Origin: Clostridia bacterium
Lineage (GTDB): Bacteria > Bacillota > Clostridia > Oscillospirales > CAG-272
Length of the DNA: 64,000 nt
Assembly (NCBI GenBank): GCA_017464565.1
Contig: JAFTZH010000035.1
Span: 213,838-277,837 of the forward strand
Direction of reading: 5' to 3'
Shown: positions 27,437 through 36,524 of the stretch, in pieces
Numbering within the stretch: position 1 is the stretch's first letter
Layout: every line of letters starts with the position of its first letter
Notes under the pieces: generated by a model
Told to the model about the DNA's origin: nothing
The model's input: only the letters and a program-made list of their open reading frames with translations
The model's database searches: none
Translations under genes and position numbers: made by a program

Positions 27437-27457
27437 ATATAAATCCACTATACTAAC

Positions 27458-29155
27458 TCAAGCGATAGTCATATCTATCTTAAATCTCATAATTTTTCTC
27501 AAGGTGTTCTTCGGGAAATCCTCGTTACGAACCTTGAGCACGGCTATCTTCTTATAAGGAACCGCCGTCTTGTTATAATCGTCGATATATTTTTTCAGAT
27601 GTGCTCTGACGTCGGTTATTCCGTTTTTCTCGCAATATTCGTAATCGGGATAAATCTCTGCAACGATGGCGTTATGCTCCATTCCCCTTCTGCTCTGTCC
27701 CTCGTAAACGACTATCTCAAGAACTCCGGGAGCGGCTATAAGCTCGTTTTCTATTTCCTCTGGGTAAACGTTCTTGCCGTTTGAAAGGATAATAAGGTTT
27801 TTCTTTCTTCCCGTAATATAAAGAATATTGTTTTCGTCGAGCTTACCGTAATCTCCCGTTCTGAAATATCCGTCCTTGGTCATAGCATCGGCGGTCGCCT
27901 TCTCATCCTTGTAATATCCGAGCATAACGTTCGGACCCTTTACGAGTATTTCGCCCTCTCCGTCCTCGTTGGGAGAATCTATCTTTACGGTATCAGCGTC
28001 GATAACGTTACCAACGCTTCCGGGAACCACGTTTTTGCTTCTGTTTACCGCAACTATGGGAGCGCATTCGGTAATACCGTATCCGTTAAGCGTCTGGATA
28101 CCGAGAGCCTCGAAGAACTCGAGAATTTCGGGATTTATGGGAGCGCCGCCGGAAATTATAGTCTTTATCTCGCCTCCGAATGCCTTTCTTACCGACGCGA
28201 AGAATTTCTTTCTTTGGTCTATACCGACCTTTCTGAGCGCGTTGCTGACCTTTATAAGCTTTGCGAGAGCCTCTTCCTTGCCCTGCTCCTTTACGTTTGC
28301 GAGAATTCGGCGGTAGAAGGTCTCAAGATAGAGCGGAACGAGAACGAGATGTCCCGGCTTCTGCTCCTTGAGTTCCTTGGTAATATAACGGAGTCCCGCC
28401 GAAATATACACCTCGCTTCCTATGAGCGCGTGTCCAACGAATATTATCGAAGAACCGTAGGTATGGTGAGGGGGCAGTACACCGATAGTTTTATCCGCGT
28501 AATCAATATACGGAAGAACACAGCAAACGTCAGACAGAATAGCGTGCTGGGAAAGCATAACTCCCTTTCCCTTGCCCGTCGTTCCCGAAGTAAATACGAG
28601 AAGCGAGAGCGCCTTGTTGTCGATAGGCGCATTGTAATAAGCGTCGGGATTCTTGTTATACTTCATCGCTCCAAGGGCAACGAGGGTTTTAACGTTTCTT
28701 TCGCGCTCCTTGGCGAGAAGATATACGGGCTCCGCCTCAAGCTTTACCTTTTCGGTAACTACCGCTGCCTTATCCGCGATATCCTCATCGCAGAACAGGA
28801 AGCTTGCGTCTGCCTTCTCCACAGTGTCGGCAAGGTCCTCCGCCTGCCAATCACGGTCAAGAGGAACGAGAACGGCACCTATCGAAAGGCTTGCGAAATA
28901 CATAAGCGCCCATTCGTAAGATAACTTACCTATGACTATACAATGCTTGCCCGCGCAGCCCATTGAAAGAAGCTCGCTCGCAAGAGCGCGAACGTCGGTT
29001 CTGAGCTGATTGAAGCTTATTCTCGTAATATCGTTTGAGGTAGGCTTTGAACGGAAAGAATACGCGCACTTGTCGCCGTGAGCTTCTCCCGCCCACTCGA
29101 TAAGCTGACGGACGTCCGCAAAATCTCTCTTCTCGTGTAACATCTGATTTTTCAT
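27458..29155 (-). CDS. AMP-dependent acyl-CoA synthetase (long-chain fatty acid-CoA ligase-like)
   Basis: 565 aa with the AMP-binding motif LVFTSGTTGKGKGVML and the C-terminal pattern GDYG..ITGRKKN. Confidence 0.85.
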   Translation of the reverse strand: MKNQMLHEKRDFADVRQLIEWAGEAHGDKCAYSFRSKPTSNDITRISFNQLRTDVRALASELLSMGCAGKHCIVIGKLSYEWALMYFASLSIGAVLVPLDRDWQAEDLADTVEKADASFLFCDEDIADKAAVVTEKVKLEAEPVYLLAKERERNVKTLVALGAMKYNKNPDAYYNAPIDNKALSLLVFTSGTTGKGKGVMLSQHAILSDVCCVLPYIDYADKTIGVLPPHHTYGSSIIFVGHALIGSEVYISAGLRYITKELKEQKPGHLVLVPLYLETFYRRILANVKEQGKEEALAKLIKVSNALRKVGIDQRKKFFASVRKAFGGEIKTIISGGAPINPEILEFFEALGIQTLNGYGITECAPIVAVNRSKNVVPGSVGNVIDADTVKIDSPNEDGEGEILVKGPNVMLGYYKDEKATADAMTKDGYFRTGDYGKLDENNILYITGRKKNLIILSNGKNVYPEEIENELIAAPGVLEIVVYEGQSRRGMEHNAIVAEIYPDYEYCEKNGITDVRAHLKKYIDDYNKTAVPYKKIAVLKVRNEDFPKNTLRKIMRFKIDMTIA

Positions 29156-29271
29156 AATAAAATCCTTTCAAAATTCATTTGTATTGTTTTAGTAATATTA
29201 TCTATGTTATTTATAATCATATCCGATTATAATTATAATCTATTCCGCAAGATTTTTCAAGTATAAAAGCG

Positions 29272-29850
29272 TCAGGCTCTCATTCCGTCGAGCAATATAC
29301 CGAAGCTGTACTTAAAATTGCTTACTGCCTCGTCCCTCGGAAGCCGCCTTCCTACCGCGTCAGCGTTATAGCCCCGTATAAAGCACCAGATAGAATAACT
29401 CATAACCTCCGAATCAACGTTTTTAATATATCCGTTTTCCTTGGCGTAATCAATTATTTTTCTGATTTCCGCCTTCCACCATTCGTAATTTCTGTGCGAC
29501 ACCGAATCGTTTTCAAAAACGTATTGATTGAAATTCATCTTGTTTTCATACGACATAACGAGGGTATTTGCGACAATTTCTATGACCTGCTCAAAGAAAT
29601 CCTTATTCGGGTCAAGCTTTTGATATATGCTTTCGCGTATCTTCAATATCGTATTTTCATAAACGATTCCAAGCACCTCTTCGATATTGTGAAAGCGATT
29701 ATAAAAAACTCTGTTGGTGATACCAAGCTCCTGCAATATTTTTCGGACGGTGATATCATCGGTTCCCGACGAGGTGGCTATTTTTTCTGCCGTGTCTATT
29801 ATTTTTTGCGACATATCGTCGAATATCAAATCTTTCTTTACCGTATTCAC
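29272..29850 (-). CDS. TetR/AcrR-family transcriptional regulator
   Basis: GTG start after GGGAGG. HTH sequence ITVRKILQELGITNRVFYNRFHNIEEV. Confidence 0.85.
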   Translation of the reverse strand: MNTVKKDLIFDDMSQKIIDTAEKIATSSGTDDITVRKILQELGITNRVFYNRFHNIEEVLGIVYENTILKIRESIYQKLDPNKDFFEQVIEIVANTLVMSYENKMNFNQYVFENDSVSHRNYEWWKAEIRKIIDYAKENGYIKNVDSEVMSYSIWCFIRGYNADAVGRRLPRDEAVSNFKYSFGILLDGMRA

Positions 29851-29867
29851 GCTATCCTCCCACGCAG

Positions 29868-29919
29868 TTCAGCACACTGTGTGCTGAATTATTATAGCAT
29901 AGTTATTCCCCTTTGTCAA
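29868..29919 (-). promoter_or_regulatory. perfect TTGACA-17-TATAAT promoter with an abutting 21-bp palindrome TTCAGCACAC-T-GTGTGCTGAA (probable TetR operator)
   Basis: The -35 is the complement of 29914-29919 and the -10 is the complement of 29891-29896. The palindrome at 29868-29888 starts 3 nt downstream of the -10. Confidence 0.65.
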
Positions 29920-29974
29920 TAGCTTGATTTATAAACTTTTTATTAATTATCTTTTATGTCTACCATATGAAAAC

Positions 29975-30000
29975 AAGGCTCGGAATTGCTTCCGAGCCTT
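29975..30000 (-). terminator. rho-independent terminator after rubrerythrin
   Basis: AAGGCTCGGA-N6-TCCGAGCCTT, followed on the minus strand by GTTTTC. Confidence 0.7.
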
Positions 30001-30019
30001 TAAAATAAGTATTGTTTTA

Positions 30020-30568
30020 TTATTTGCCGAAATATCTCTCAAGAAGTCCGGCGAACGCGCGGCCGTGTCTTGCCTCATCCTTTGCCATTTCGTGAACGGT
30101 GTCGTGAATAGCGTCAAGATTCAACTGCTTTGCCATCTTCGCAAGCTCAAATTTGCCCGCCGTTGCGCCGTTTTCAGCAGCAACTCTTACGGTGAGGTTC
30201 TCTTTGGTAGAATTGGATACGCACTCTCCGAGAAGCTCCGCAAACTTTGCCGCGTGCTCTGCTTCCTCAAGAGCCGCTTCCTTCCAATAAAGAGCGATTT
30301 CGGGATAGCCCTCTCTTGCCGCCACTCTGGACATAGCAAGATACATACCTACCTCCATACACTCTCCGTTGAAGTTAGCGCGAAGACCTTCCTTTATCTC
30401 CTCGGGAGCGTCCTTGGCGATGCCTACGATATGCTCTGCCGCCCAAGTCATCTCGGTCTCAACGACCTCCTCAAATTTCTCCGAGGGTGCCTTACACAAG
30501 GGACATTTATCGGGCGCTACCTCAGCCTCAACTATTTCTCCGCAAACCTTACATCTCCATTTTTTCAT
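30020..30568 (-). CDS. reverse rubrerythrin (N-terminal rubredoxin-like + ferritin-like domain)
   Basis: 182 aa with CKVCGE..CPLCKA at the N-terminus, followed by di-iron ExxH motifs. Confidence 0.85.
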   Translation of the reverse strand: MKKWRCKVCGEIVEAEVAPDKCPLCKAPSEKFEEVVETEMTWAAEHIVGIAKDAPEEIKEGLRANFNGECMEVGMYLAMSRVAAREGYPEIALYWKEAALEEAEHAAKFAELLGECVSNSTKENLTVRVAAENGATAGKFELAKMAKQLNLDAIHDTVHEMAKDEARHGRAFAGLLERYFGK

Positions 30569-30596
30569 AACCGTTTTCTCCTTTTAATAAATAAAT

Positions 30597-31001
30597 TTAA
30601 TTGATTTTCTTTTCTTCCTCGGCGCAGGCACGGCAAATACCAAAGAATTCCAGCCTGCAATCCTCTACGGCAAAACCCTCGCAGCCTATCGCCTGCTTCG
30701 CAAACAGCTCGTCGTCAAAGTCAACCTCGACGTCAGCCACAGCCCCGCATCTCTTACATATTATATGATAGTGCTTTTTCAGCGTGATATCATATCTGTC
30801 GGATGAGTCGCTGAGCTTCAGCCTTAGTATCTTTCCTTCGTCTGCCGCTTCCGAAAGCAATCGGTAGACCGTCGCTTTGCTAATCCCCGGATAGCTTTCT
30901 CTGACCTTTTCGTAAACCATTCCTGCCGACGGATGATTGTGCATTTGACTCAATGTGTCAAATACGATTTTCTTTTGTAATGTGTTTCTTTTGCTTGTCA
31001 T
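30597..31001 (-). CDS. Fur-family regulator, PerR-like by context
   Basis: 134 aa with a winged helix plus HIICKRCG and GICRAC Cys pairs. It lies directly upstream of rubrerythrin. Confidence 0.75.
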   Translation of the reverse strand: MTSKRNTLQKKIVFDTLSQMHNHPSAGMVYEKVRESYPGISKATVYRLLSEAADEGKILRLKLSDSSDRYDITLKKHYHIICKRCGAVADVEVDFDDELFAKQAIGCEGFAVEDCRLEFFGICRACAEEEKKIN

Positions 31002-31039
31002 TTTAATAACTGTTCCTTATTAAGAATGATTACAAATAA

Positions 31040-31068
31040 ATTATAACATTACTTTTTCGTTTTGTCAA
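31040..31068 (-). promoter_or_regulatory. perfect TTGACA-17-TATAAT promoter for the perR-like/rubrerythrin operon
   Basis: The -35 is the complement of 31063-31068 and the -10 is the complement of 31040-31045. Confidence 0.65.
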
Positions 31069-31093
31069 TAGGTTTTTGAAAAAATATTTTTAT

Positions 31094-31320
31094 GGGGAGA
31101 GTTTTTTTGAAAAAGCCCCTCTCCTACCGAGTATGGTGAAATTTTTTAATATTCTTCACATAGGAATCAATACAAAAATTTTAAACCATAACCAACGTTT
31201 AAGATTTTTGAAGAGGGGTACGGGGAGAAACTTTTTGCAAAAAGTTTATCCCCGATAAAACACACCAATCTTTTGAATAGAGTGTTTTGGGGAGTGCCTT
31301 TTTGCAAAAAGGCACTCCCC
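31094..31320 (+). repeat. intergenic repeat element copy B with three GGGGAG..CTCCCC hairpins
   Basis: Hairpins at 31094-31124 (imperfect), 31222-31253 and 31289-31320 (perfect 32-bp palindrome). It shares the CCGAGTATGGTGAAA and ATTTTTGAAGAGGGG blocks with copies A and C. Confidence 0.8.
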
Positions 31321-31341
31321 CACAAATAAATATATATCTAA

Positions 31342-32991
<1,650 letters not shown>

Positions 32992-33023
32992 TCATTCCTT
33001 TCAATCTGCAATTTTTATAAAAA

Positions 33024-33308
33024 TTATTCAACGATAGCGAGTATATCGCTCTGACGTACGATGTTGTACTCTACTCCGTCCGCCTTTACCTCGGTTCCCG
33101 CGTACTTGGACGTTATTACCTTGTCGCCGACCTTAACTGTCATAACAACCTCCTTACCGTCAACAAGTCCTCCCGGACCTACTGCGATAACCTCCGCAAC
33201 CTGCGGCTTTTCCTGAGCAGAAGCAGTAAGTATGAGTCCGCTTTTGGTTTTTTCCTCCGCCTCAACAAGCTTAACCACAACTCTGTCAGCCAACGGTTTA
33301 ATAGTCAT
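33024..33308 (-). CDS. groS: co-chaperonin GroES
   Basis: 94 aa beginning MTIKPLADRVVVK. Confidence 0.95.
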   Translation of the reverse strand: MTIKPLADRVVVKLVEAEEKTKSGLILTASAQEKPQVAEVIAVGPGGLVDGKEVVMTVKVGDKVITSKYAGTEVKADGVEYNIVRQSDILAIVE

Positions 33309-33356
33309 TTTCTGTTCCTCCTTATAATAATATTTATTATATACAGCATTTTAAGA

Positions 33357-33383
33357 TTGGCACTCAAAATGGTCGAGTGCTAA
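33357..33383. promoter_or_regulatory. CIRCE operator (HrcA binding site)
   Basis: TTGGCACTC-N9-GAGTGCTAA against the consensus TTAGCACTC-N9-GAGTGCTAA. It lies between the groES promoter and the start codon. Confidence 0.85.
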
Positions 33384-33394
33384 TCTATAAACAT

Positions 33395-33422
33395 ATTTTA
33401 CACTTTTTTTTGGAAAAATCAA
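33395..33422 (-). promoter_or_regulatory. groESL promoter TTGATT-16-TAAAAT
   Basis: The -35 is the complement of 33417-33422 and the -10 is the complement of 33395-33400, immediately upstream of CIRCE. Confidence 0.5.
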
Positions 33423-33510
33423 GTACTTTTTTTAGATTTAACATTTAATTAACAATTAAAGCGGAACGATAGAGTGCTAATTGCTTTTCAGCGGAAAACG
33501 AGGTACGGAT

Positions 33511-34887
33511 ATGATAGCGTTTATTAATAAATATATACTCGGAACTGCGGTTCCGATACTCCTCATTACGGCGGGAATATTTTATATTATTATATTGAAG
33601 GCTTTTCATATAAGAAAGCCCGGGCTTATTATTAAGGCTCTGACGAGAAAAAACACCGACGGCGGTATATCTCCCTTCCGCGCCGTTACGCTCGCTCTCG
33701 CCGGAACGCTCGGCGTCGGCAATATCGTCGGGGTAGCGGCAGCCATATCCCTGGGCGGATTCGGCTCGATATTCTGGATGTGGATAAGCGCGCTGTGCGC
33801 TATGCTGCTGAAATACGCCGAGATAGTTCTCGCAATGCGGCACAGAAGGTACGGCAAGGACGGCTCGCCTCACGGAGCGGCGACTTATTATATAAGAGAC
33901 CATTTTGACTCGGTTTCCCTTTCGGGTATAGGCAAGCTTCTCGCGGGGATATTCGCCGCCCTTTGTATAGTAAACGCCGTAAGCATGGGAAGTATGATAC
34001 AGGCAAACGCGATATCGGAGGCATTTGAGGGAGTATTCTCGGTGTCTCCCGCCGTTTGCGGAGTACTGCTTGCCCTTCTCTGCTTTATAATCGTAATACG
34101 CGGAACCGACGCCATGGCAAAATTTACCGAGATACTCGTACCCGTTATGACGCTTGGATATATAGTAATATCAATAGCCGTACTCGCGGTGCGCGGCGAT
34201 ATGCTCGGAGAAGCGTTCCGCCGTATTTTTTCCGACGCATTTTCTCCGTCGTCTGCGGCGGGAGGCATTATGGGCTTTCTCCTATCCCGCGCTCTCCGAT
34301 ACGGTACTATGCGCGGACTTATTTCAAACGAGGCGGGCTGCGGAACGGCACCTGCCGCTCACGCTTCCTCAAACTCAAAAAGCGCGGCAGAGCAAGGTCT
34401 TTGGGGGATATTCGAGGTGTTCACAGACACCATAATCCTATGTACTATGACCGCGCTCGTCATAATCGTGAGTTTTGACGAGTTGAAATACAGAGGAAGC
34501 TGGATCCTGCTGACTATCGACGCCTACTCAAGCGTTCTGGGGAACGCCGCTTCGGTCTTTCTCGGCGCGGCGGTGCTTTGCTTCGGTTTTGCCACGATAG
34601 TATGCTGGGGGCATTATGGAATAGAATCGGTGAGATATTTCAGCGATAAAAAGGCGATTAAGAATATTTTTATCGCCGTTTATTCCGCGTCGGTGCTCGT
34701 CGGCGCGGTATCGGCATCCGAGGCGATATGGGAGATTGCAGATTTTGCGATAGGAATTATGACGGTGATTAACGTAAGCGTGCTGTGCATTATGAGCAAG
34801 GAGGTAAAAAAAGAGACCGAAATATATCTCTCCTCTCAAAAGAAAAAGCGAGCCAAAGTATATTCAAAGAGAGGCGAGACAAAATAA
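33511..34887 (+). CDS. alanine/glycine:cation symporter (AGCS family)
   Basis: About 458 aa from ATG 33511, so the TTG 33481 in the track is probably too long. It has the typical multi-TM AGCS pattern (GVGNIVGVAAAI, SNEAGCGTAP). Confidence 0.8.
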   Translation: MIAFINKYILGTAVPILLITAGIFYIIILKAFHIRKPGLIIKALTRKNTDGGISPFRAVTLALAGTLGVGNIVGVAAAISLGGFGSIFWMWISALCAMLLKYAEIVLAMRHRRYGKDGSPHGAATYYIRDHFDSVSLSGIGKLLAGIFAALCIVNAVSMGSMIQANAISEAFEGVFSVSPAVCGVLLALLCFIIVIRGTDAMAKFTEILVPVMTLGYIVISIAVLAVRGDMLGEAFRRIFSDAFSPSSAAGGIMGFLLSRALRYGTMRGLISNEAGCGTAPAAHASSNSKSAAEQGLWGIFEVFTDTIILCTMTALVIIVSFDELKYRGSWILLTIDAYSSVLGNAASVFLGAAVLCFGFATIVCWGHYGIESVRYFSDKKAIKNIFIAVYSASVLVGAVSASEAIWEIADFAIGIMTVINVSVLCIMSKEVKKETEIYLSSQKKKRAKVYSKRGETK

Positions 34888-34916
34888 AGTAAAGCGAAAA
34901 ATATTTTAAAAAAGTG

Positions 34917-34945
34917 TTGACAAAGCGAGATAGTTATGATATAAT
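34917..34945 (+). promoter_or_regulatory. perfect TTGACA-17-TATAAT promoter for the tRNA-Met/Glu pair
   Basis: TTGACA at 34917-34922 and TATAAT at 34940-34945, about 32 nt before the tRNA 5' end. Confidence 0.7.
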
Positions 34946-34977
34946 AGTCAAGCGTTCGGCAAAAGCCGAGCGAAAAC

Positions 34978-35054
34978 GGCGGAATAGCTCAGTTGGCTAG
35001 AGCAACCGGTTCATACCCGGTAGGTCATGGGTTCAAGTCCAATTTCCGCCACCA
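34978..35054 (+). tRNA. tRNA-Met (anticodon CAT, elongator-like), CCA encoded
   Basis: The cloverleaf folds by hand with acceptor GGCGGAA/TTCCGCC and anticodon loop TTCATAC. There is one G-A mismatch in the T-stem (ATGGG/CCAAT). Confidence 0.8.
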
Positions 35055-35129
35055 GGCCCGTTGGTCAAGCGGCTAAGACACCGCCCTTTCACGGCGGTAA
35101 CGGGAGTTCGATTCTCCCACGGGTCACCA
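35055..35129 (+). tRNA. tRNA-Glu (anticodon TTC), CCA encoded
   Basis: It starts immediately after the tRNA-Met CCA. Acceptor GGCCCGT/ACGGGTC, anticodon loop CTTTCAC and T-arm GGGAG-TTCGATT-CTCCC. Confidence 0.9.
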
Positions 35130-35398
35130 AAAATAAGGACACCACTTTTTGTGGTGTCCTTATTTTTGGTGACCCTATAAGAAAAGCGAACCCGCGATGT
35201 TTTGCATATGCAAAACTCGGCGTTTCGGCGAGCATTGCGAACCGAAACAGATTCTCCCACGGGCTCCAAATCAAACGCACCACAAAAAGTGGTGTCCTTG
35301 TTTTTTGGTGACCCTATAAGAAAAGCGAACCCGCGATGTTTTGCATATGCAAAACTCGGCGTTTCGGCGAGCATAGCGAGCCGAAACAGATTCTCCCA
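35110..35398 (+). repeat. tandem direct repeat of about 139-140 bp, 2.1 copies, beginning in the tRNA-Glu T-loop
   Basis: GATTCTCCCACGGG occurs at 35110 and 35250, and GATTCTCCCA at 35389. The 96-bp blocks 35164-35259 and 35303-35398 differ at 2 positions. Each block contains GTTTTGCATATGCAAAAC. Confidence 0.85.
35121..35175. terminator. 55-bp perfect palindrome (25-bp arms) acting as a terminator and incorporating the tRNA-Glu 3' end
   Basis: GGGTCACCAAAAATAAGGACACCAC-TTTTT-GTGGTGTCCTTATTTTTGGTGACCC. Confidence 0.7.
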
Positions 35399-35478
35399 TT
35401 TCAAAATTAATTGCTCTAAATGAAGATGAATTTGCTGATAATGTAAACCGTTTTGTTCCCACTAAAGATAGTTATATT

Positions 35479-35517
35479 TAAAAAACCGCCAACACCGATA
35501 TAACGGTGTTGGCGGTT
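35479..35517 (-). terminator. rho-independent terminator after tRNA-Lys
   Basis: AACCGCCAACACCG-N6-CGGTGTTGGCGGTT, followed by a T-run on the minus strand. Confidence 0.8.
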
Positions 35518-35518
35518 T

Positions 35519-35594
35519 TGGTGACCCACCGGAGACTCGAACTCCGGACCCCTTGATTAAAAGTCAAGTGCTCTACCGTCTGAGCTAGTGGGTC
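35519..35594 (-). tRNA. tRNA-Lys (anticodon TTT), CCA encoded
   Basis: The reverse complement GACCCACTAGCTCAGACGGTAGAGCACTTGACTTTTAATCAAGGGGTCCGGAGTTCGAGTCTCCGGTGGGTCACCA folds as a cloverleaf. Confidence 0.9.
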
Positions 35595-35719
35595 GCTATC
35601 GGTGTTACCAATATATGATATCACAAATAGGTATTTTTGTCAAGAATTTATTTGGTGTTATTTTGAACAAAACTGTGCGAGTTTATACGCTGACAAATTG
35701 TGTCAATTTACGAACTCTC

Positions 35720-36232
35720 TCACCTGTTAAGTATCTTATCCGCAAGTATGGAAATATGCTCGGGCAGTATCTCGGGCAGCATTCCCTTGTAATTTCCGTC
35801 CTCAAAGTCGTGCTCCGTTATCGAGTTTCTTATCATCTTTACGAGCAAGCGTTCAACGCCCTTTACTTTTTCGGGCTTAAGCTCGCCGCCGAAGCAATAT
35901 ACGTCAAATGAGGGTACAAAGCCTTTGGGAAGCTCGGTTCTTATATATTCATCGAATTCGTCGGGAAATCCGCAGCACAAAAAAACGGCGCACGGCATAG
36001 ATTTAAGAGAGTCGATATTGGCTTTTATATATTTCTTTATTTTTTTAGAAATGCGCCCCATTCTCACAGAGCTTCCGAGAACTACCATATCGTACTCCGA
36101 CGGCGCGCCCGCCTCCCCCGCGTTCATATCCAAAACGGTAACCTCGCAGGCTCCGCGCAGCTTGTCAGAGAGCATTTCGGCGCATCTTTTCGTCGTCCCG
36201 TGCTTTGACGTATAAGCTATAAGTATCTTCAT
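35720..36232 (-). CDS. flavodoxin-domain protein
   Basis: 170 aa beginning MKILIAYTSKHGTTKRCAE, a flavodoxin-like FMN loop. Confidence 0.75.
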   Translation of the reverse strand: MKILIAYTSKHGTTKRCAEMLSDKLRGACEVTVLDMNAGEAGAPSEYDMVVLGSSVRMGRISKKIKKYIKANIDSLKSMPCAVFLCCGFPDEFDEYIRTELPKGFVPSFDVYCFGGELKPEKVKGVERLLVKMIRNSITEHDFEDGNYKGMLPEILPEHISILADKILNR

Positions 36233-36489
36233 TGCCCTTCCCTCTTGATTTTATAATTACACAATATTATATACCAAATCCAAACGTATGTCAATAAGCC
36301 GTCAAATCTTTTGAAAAATGCTTTACAAATATAAATCGTTGTGATAAGCAACACAGCCACAGCGGCAAGTTTATTGTGCGAAAAGTATTATATCAGCGAA
36401 AGCACTATTTGCGGATATGATTGGACAAAAGAAGTTTAATCCGTTTTATGCCGCAGCTTCTTTTGTAAAAATACTCAATTCATAAATTA

Positions 36490-36521
36490 TTAGGGTGTCT
36501 CAAAATTTTGAGACACCCTAA
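36490..36521 (-). terminator. 32-bp perfect palindrome terminator after hpf
   Basis: TTAGGGTGTCTCAAAA/TTTTGAGACACCCTAA, located 4 nt after the hpf stop. Confidence 0.6.
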
Positions 36522-36524
36522 TTT

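Noticed and set aside
31020-31045. A PerR/Fur box overlapping the perR-like promoter (TTATAATTTATTTGTAATCATTCTTAA).
   Set aside because: The region is AT-rich and only loosely resembles the 7-1-7 TTATAAT-N-ATTATAA pattern. No convincing inverted repeat could be aligned.
31076-31258. Small ORFs inside the repeat elements (31076-31258 of 60 aa, 52101-52292 of 63 aa, 41250-41438 of 62 aa), including the ATGGTGAAA 'MVK..' frame.
   Set aside because: They are not conserved between copies. The ATG is lost in copy A (ATAGCGTGA), the frame ends after 16 codons in copy C versus 41 in copy B, and copy D lacks the block. The elements are therefore treated as non-coding.
33472-33480. A second CIRCE element upstream of the AGCS symporter (GAGTGCTAA).
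   Set aside because: Only one half-site is present. The position 9 nt upstream does not contain TTAGCACTC.
35110-35398. Possible CRISPR array, given regularly spaced palindromic repeats.
   Set aside because: There are only about 2 units, the whole 139-bp period is duplicated (no unique spacers), the units are derived from a tRNA 3' end, and no cas genes are present.
35027-35462. ORFs overlapping the tRNA/tandem-repeat region (35027-35311, 35033-35404, 35202-35423 and others).
   Set aside because: They run through tRNA genes and duplicated non-coding units on both strands, so they are artefacts of the repeat.
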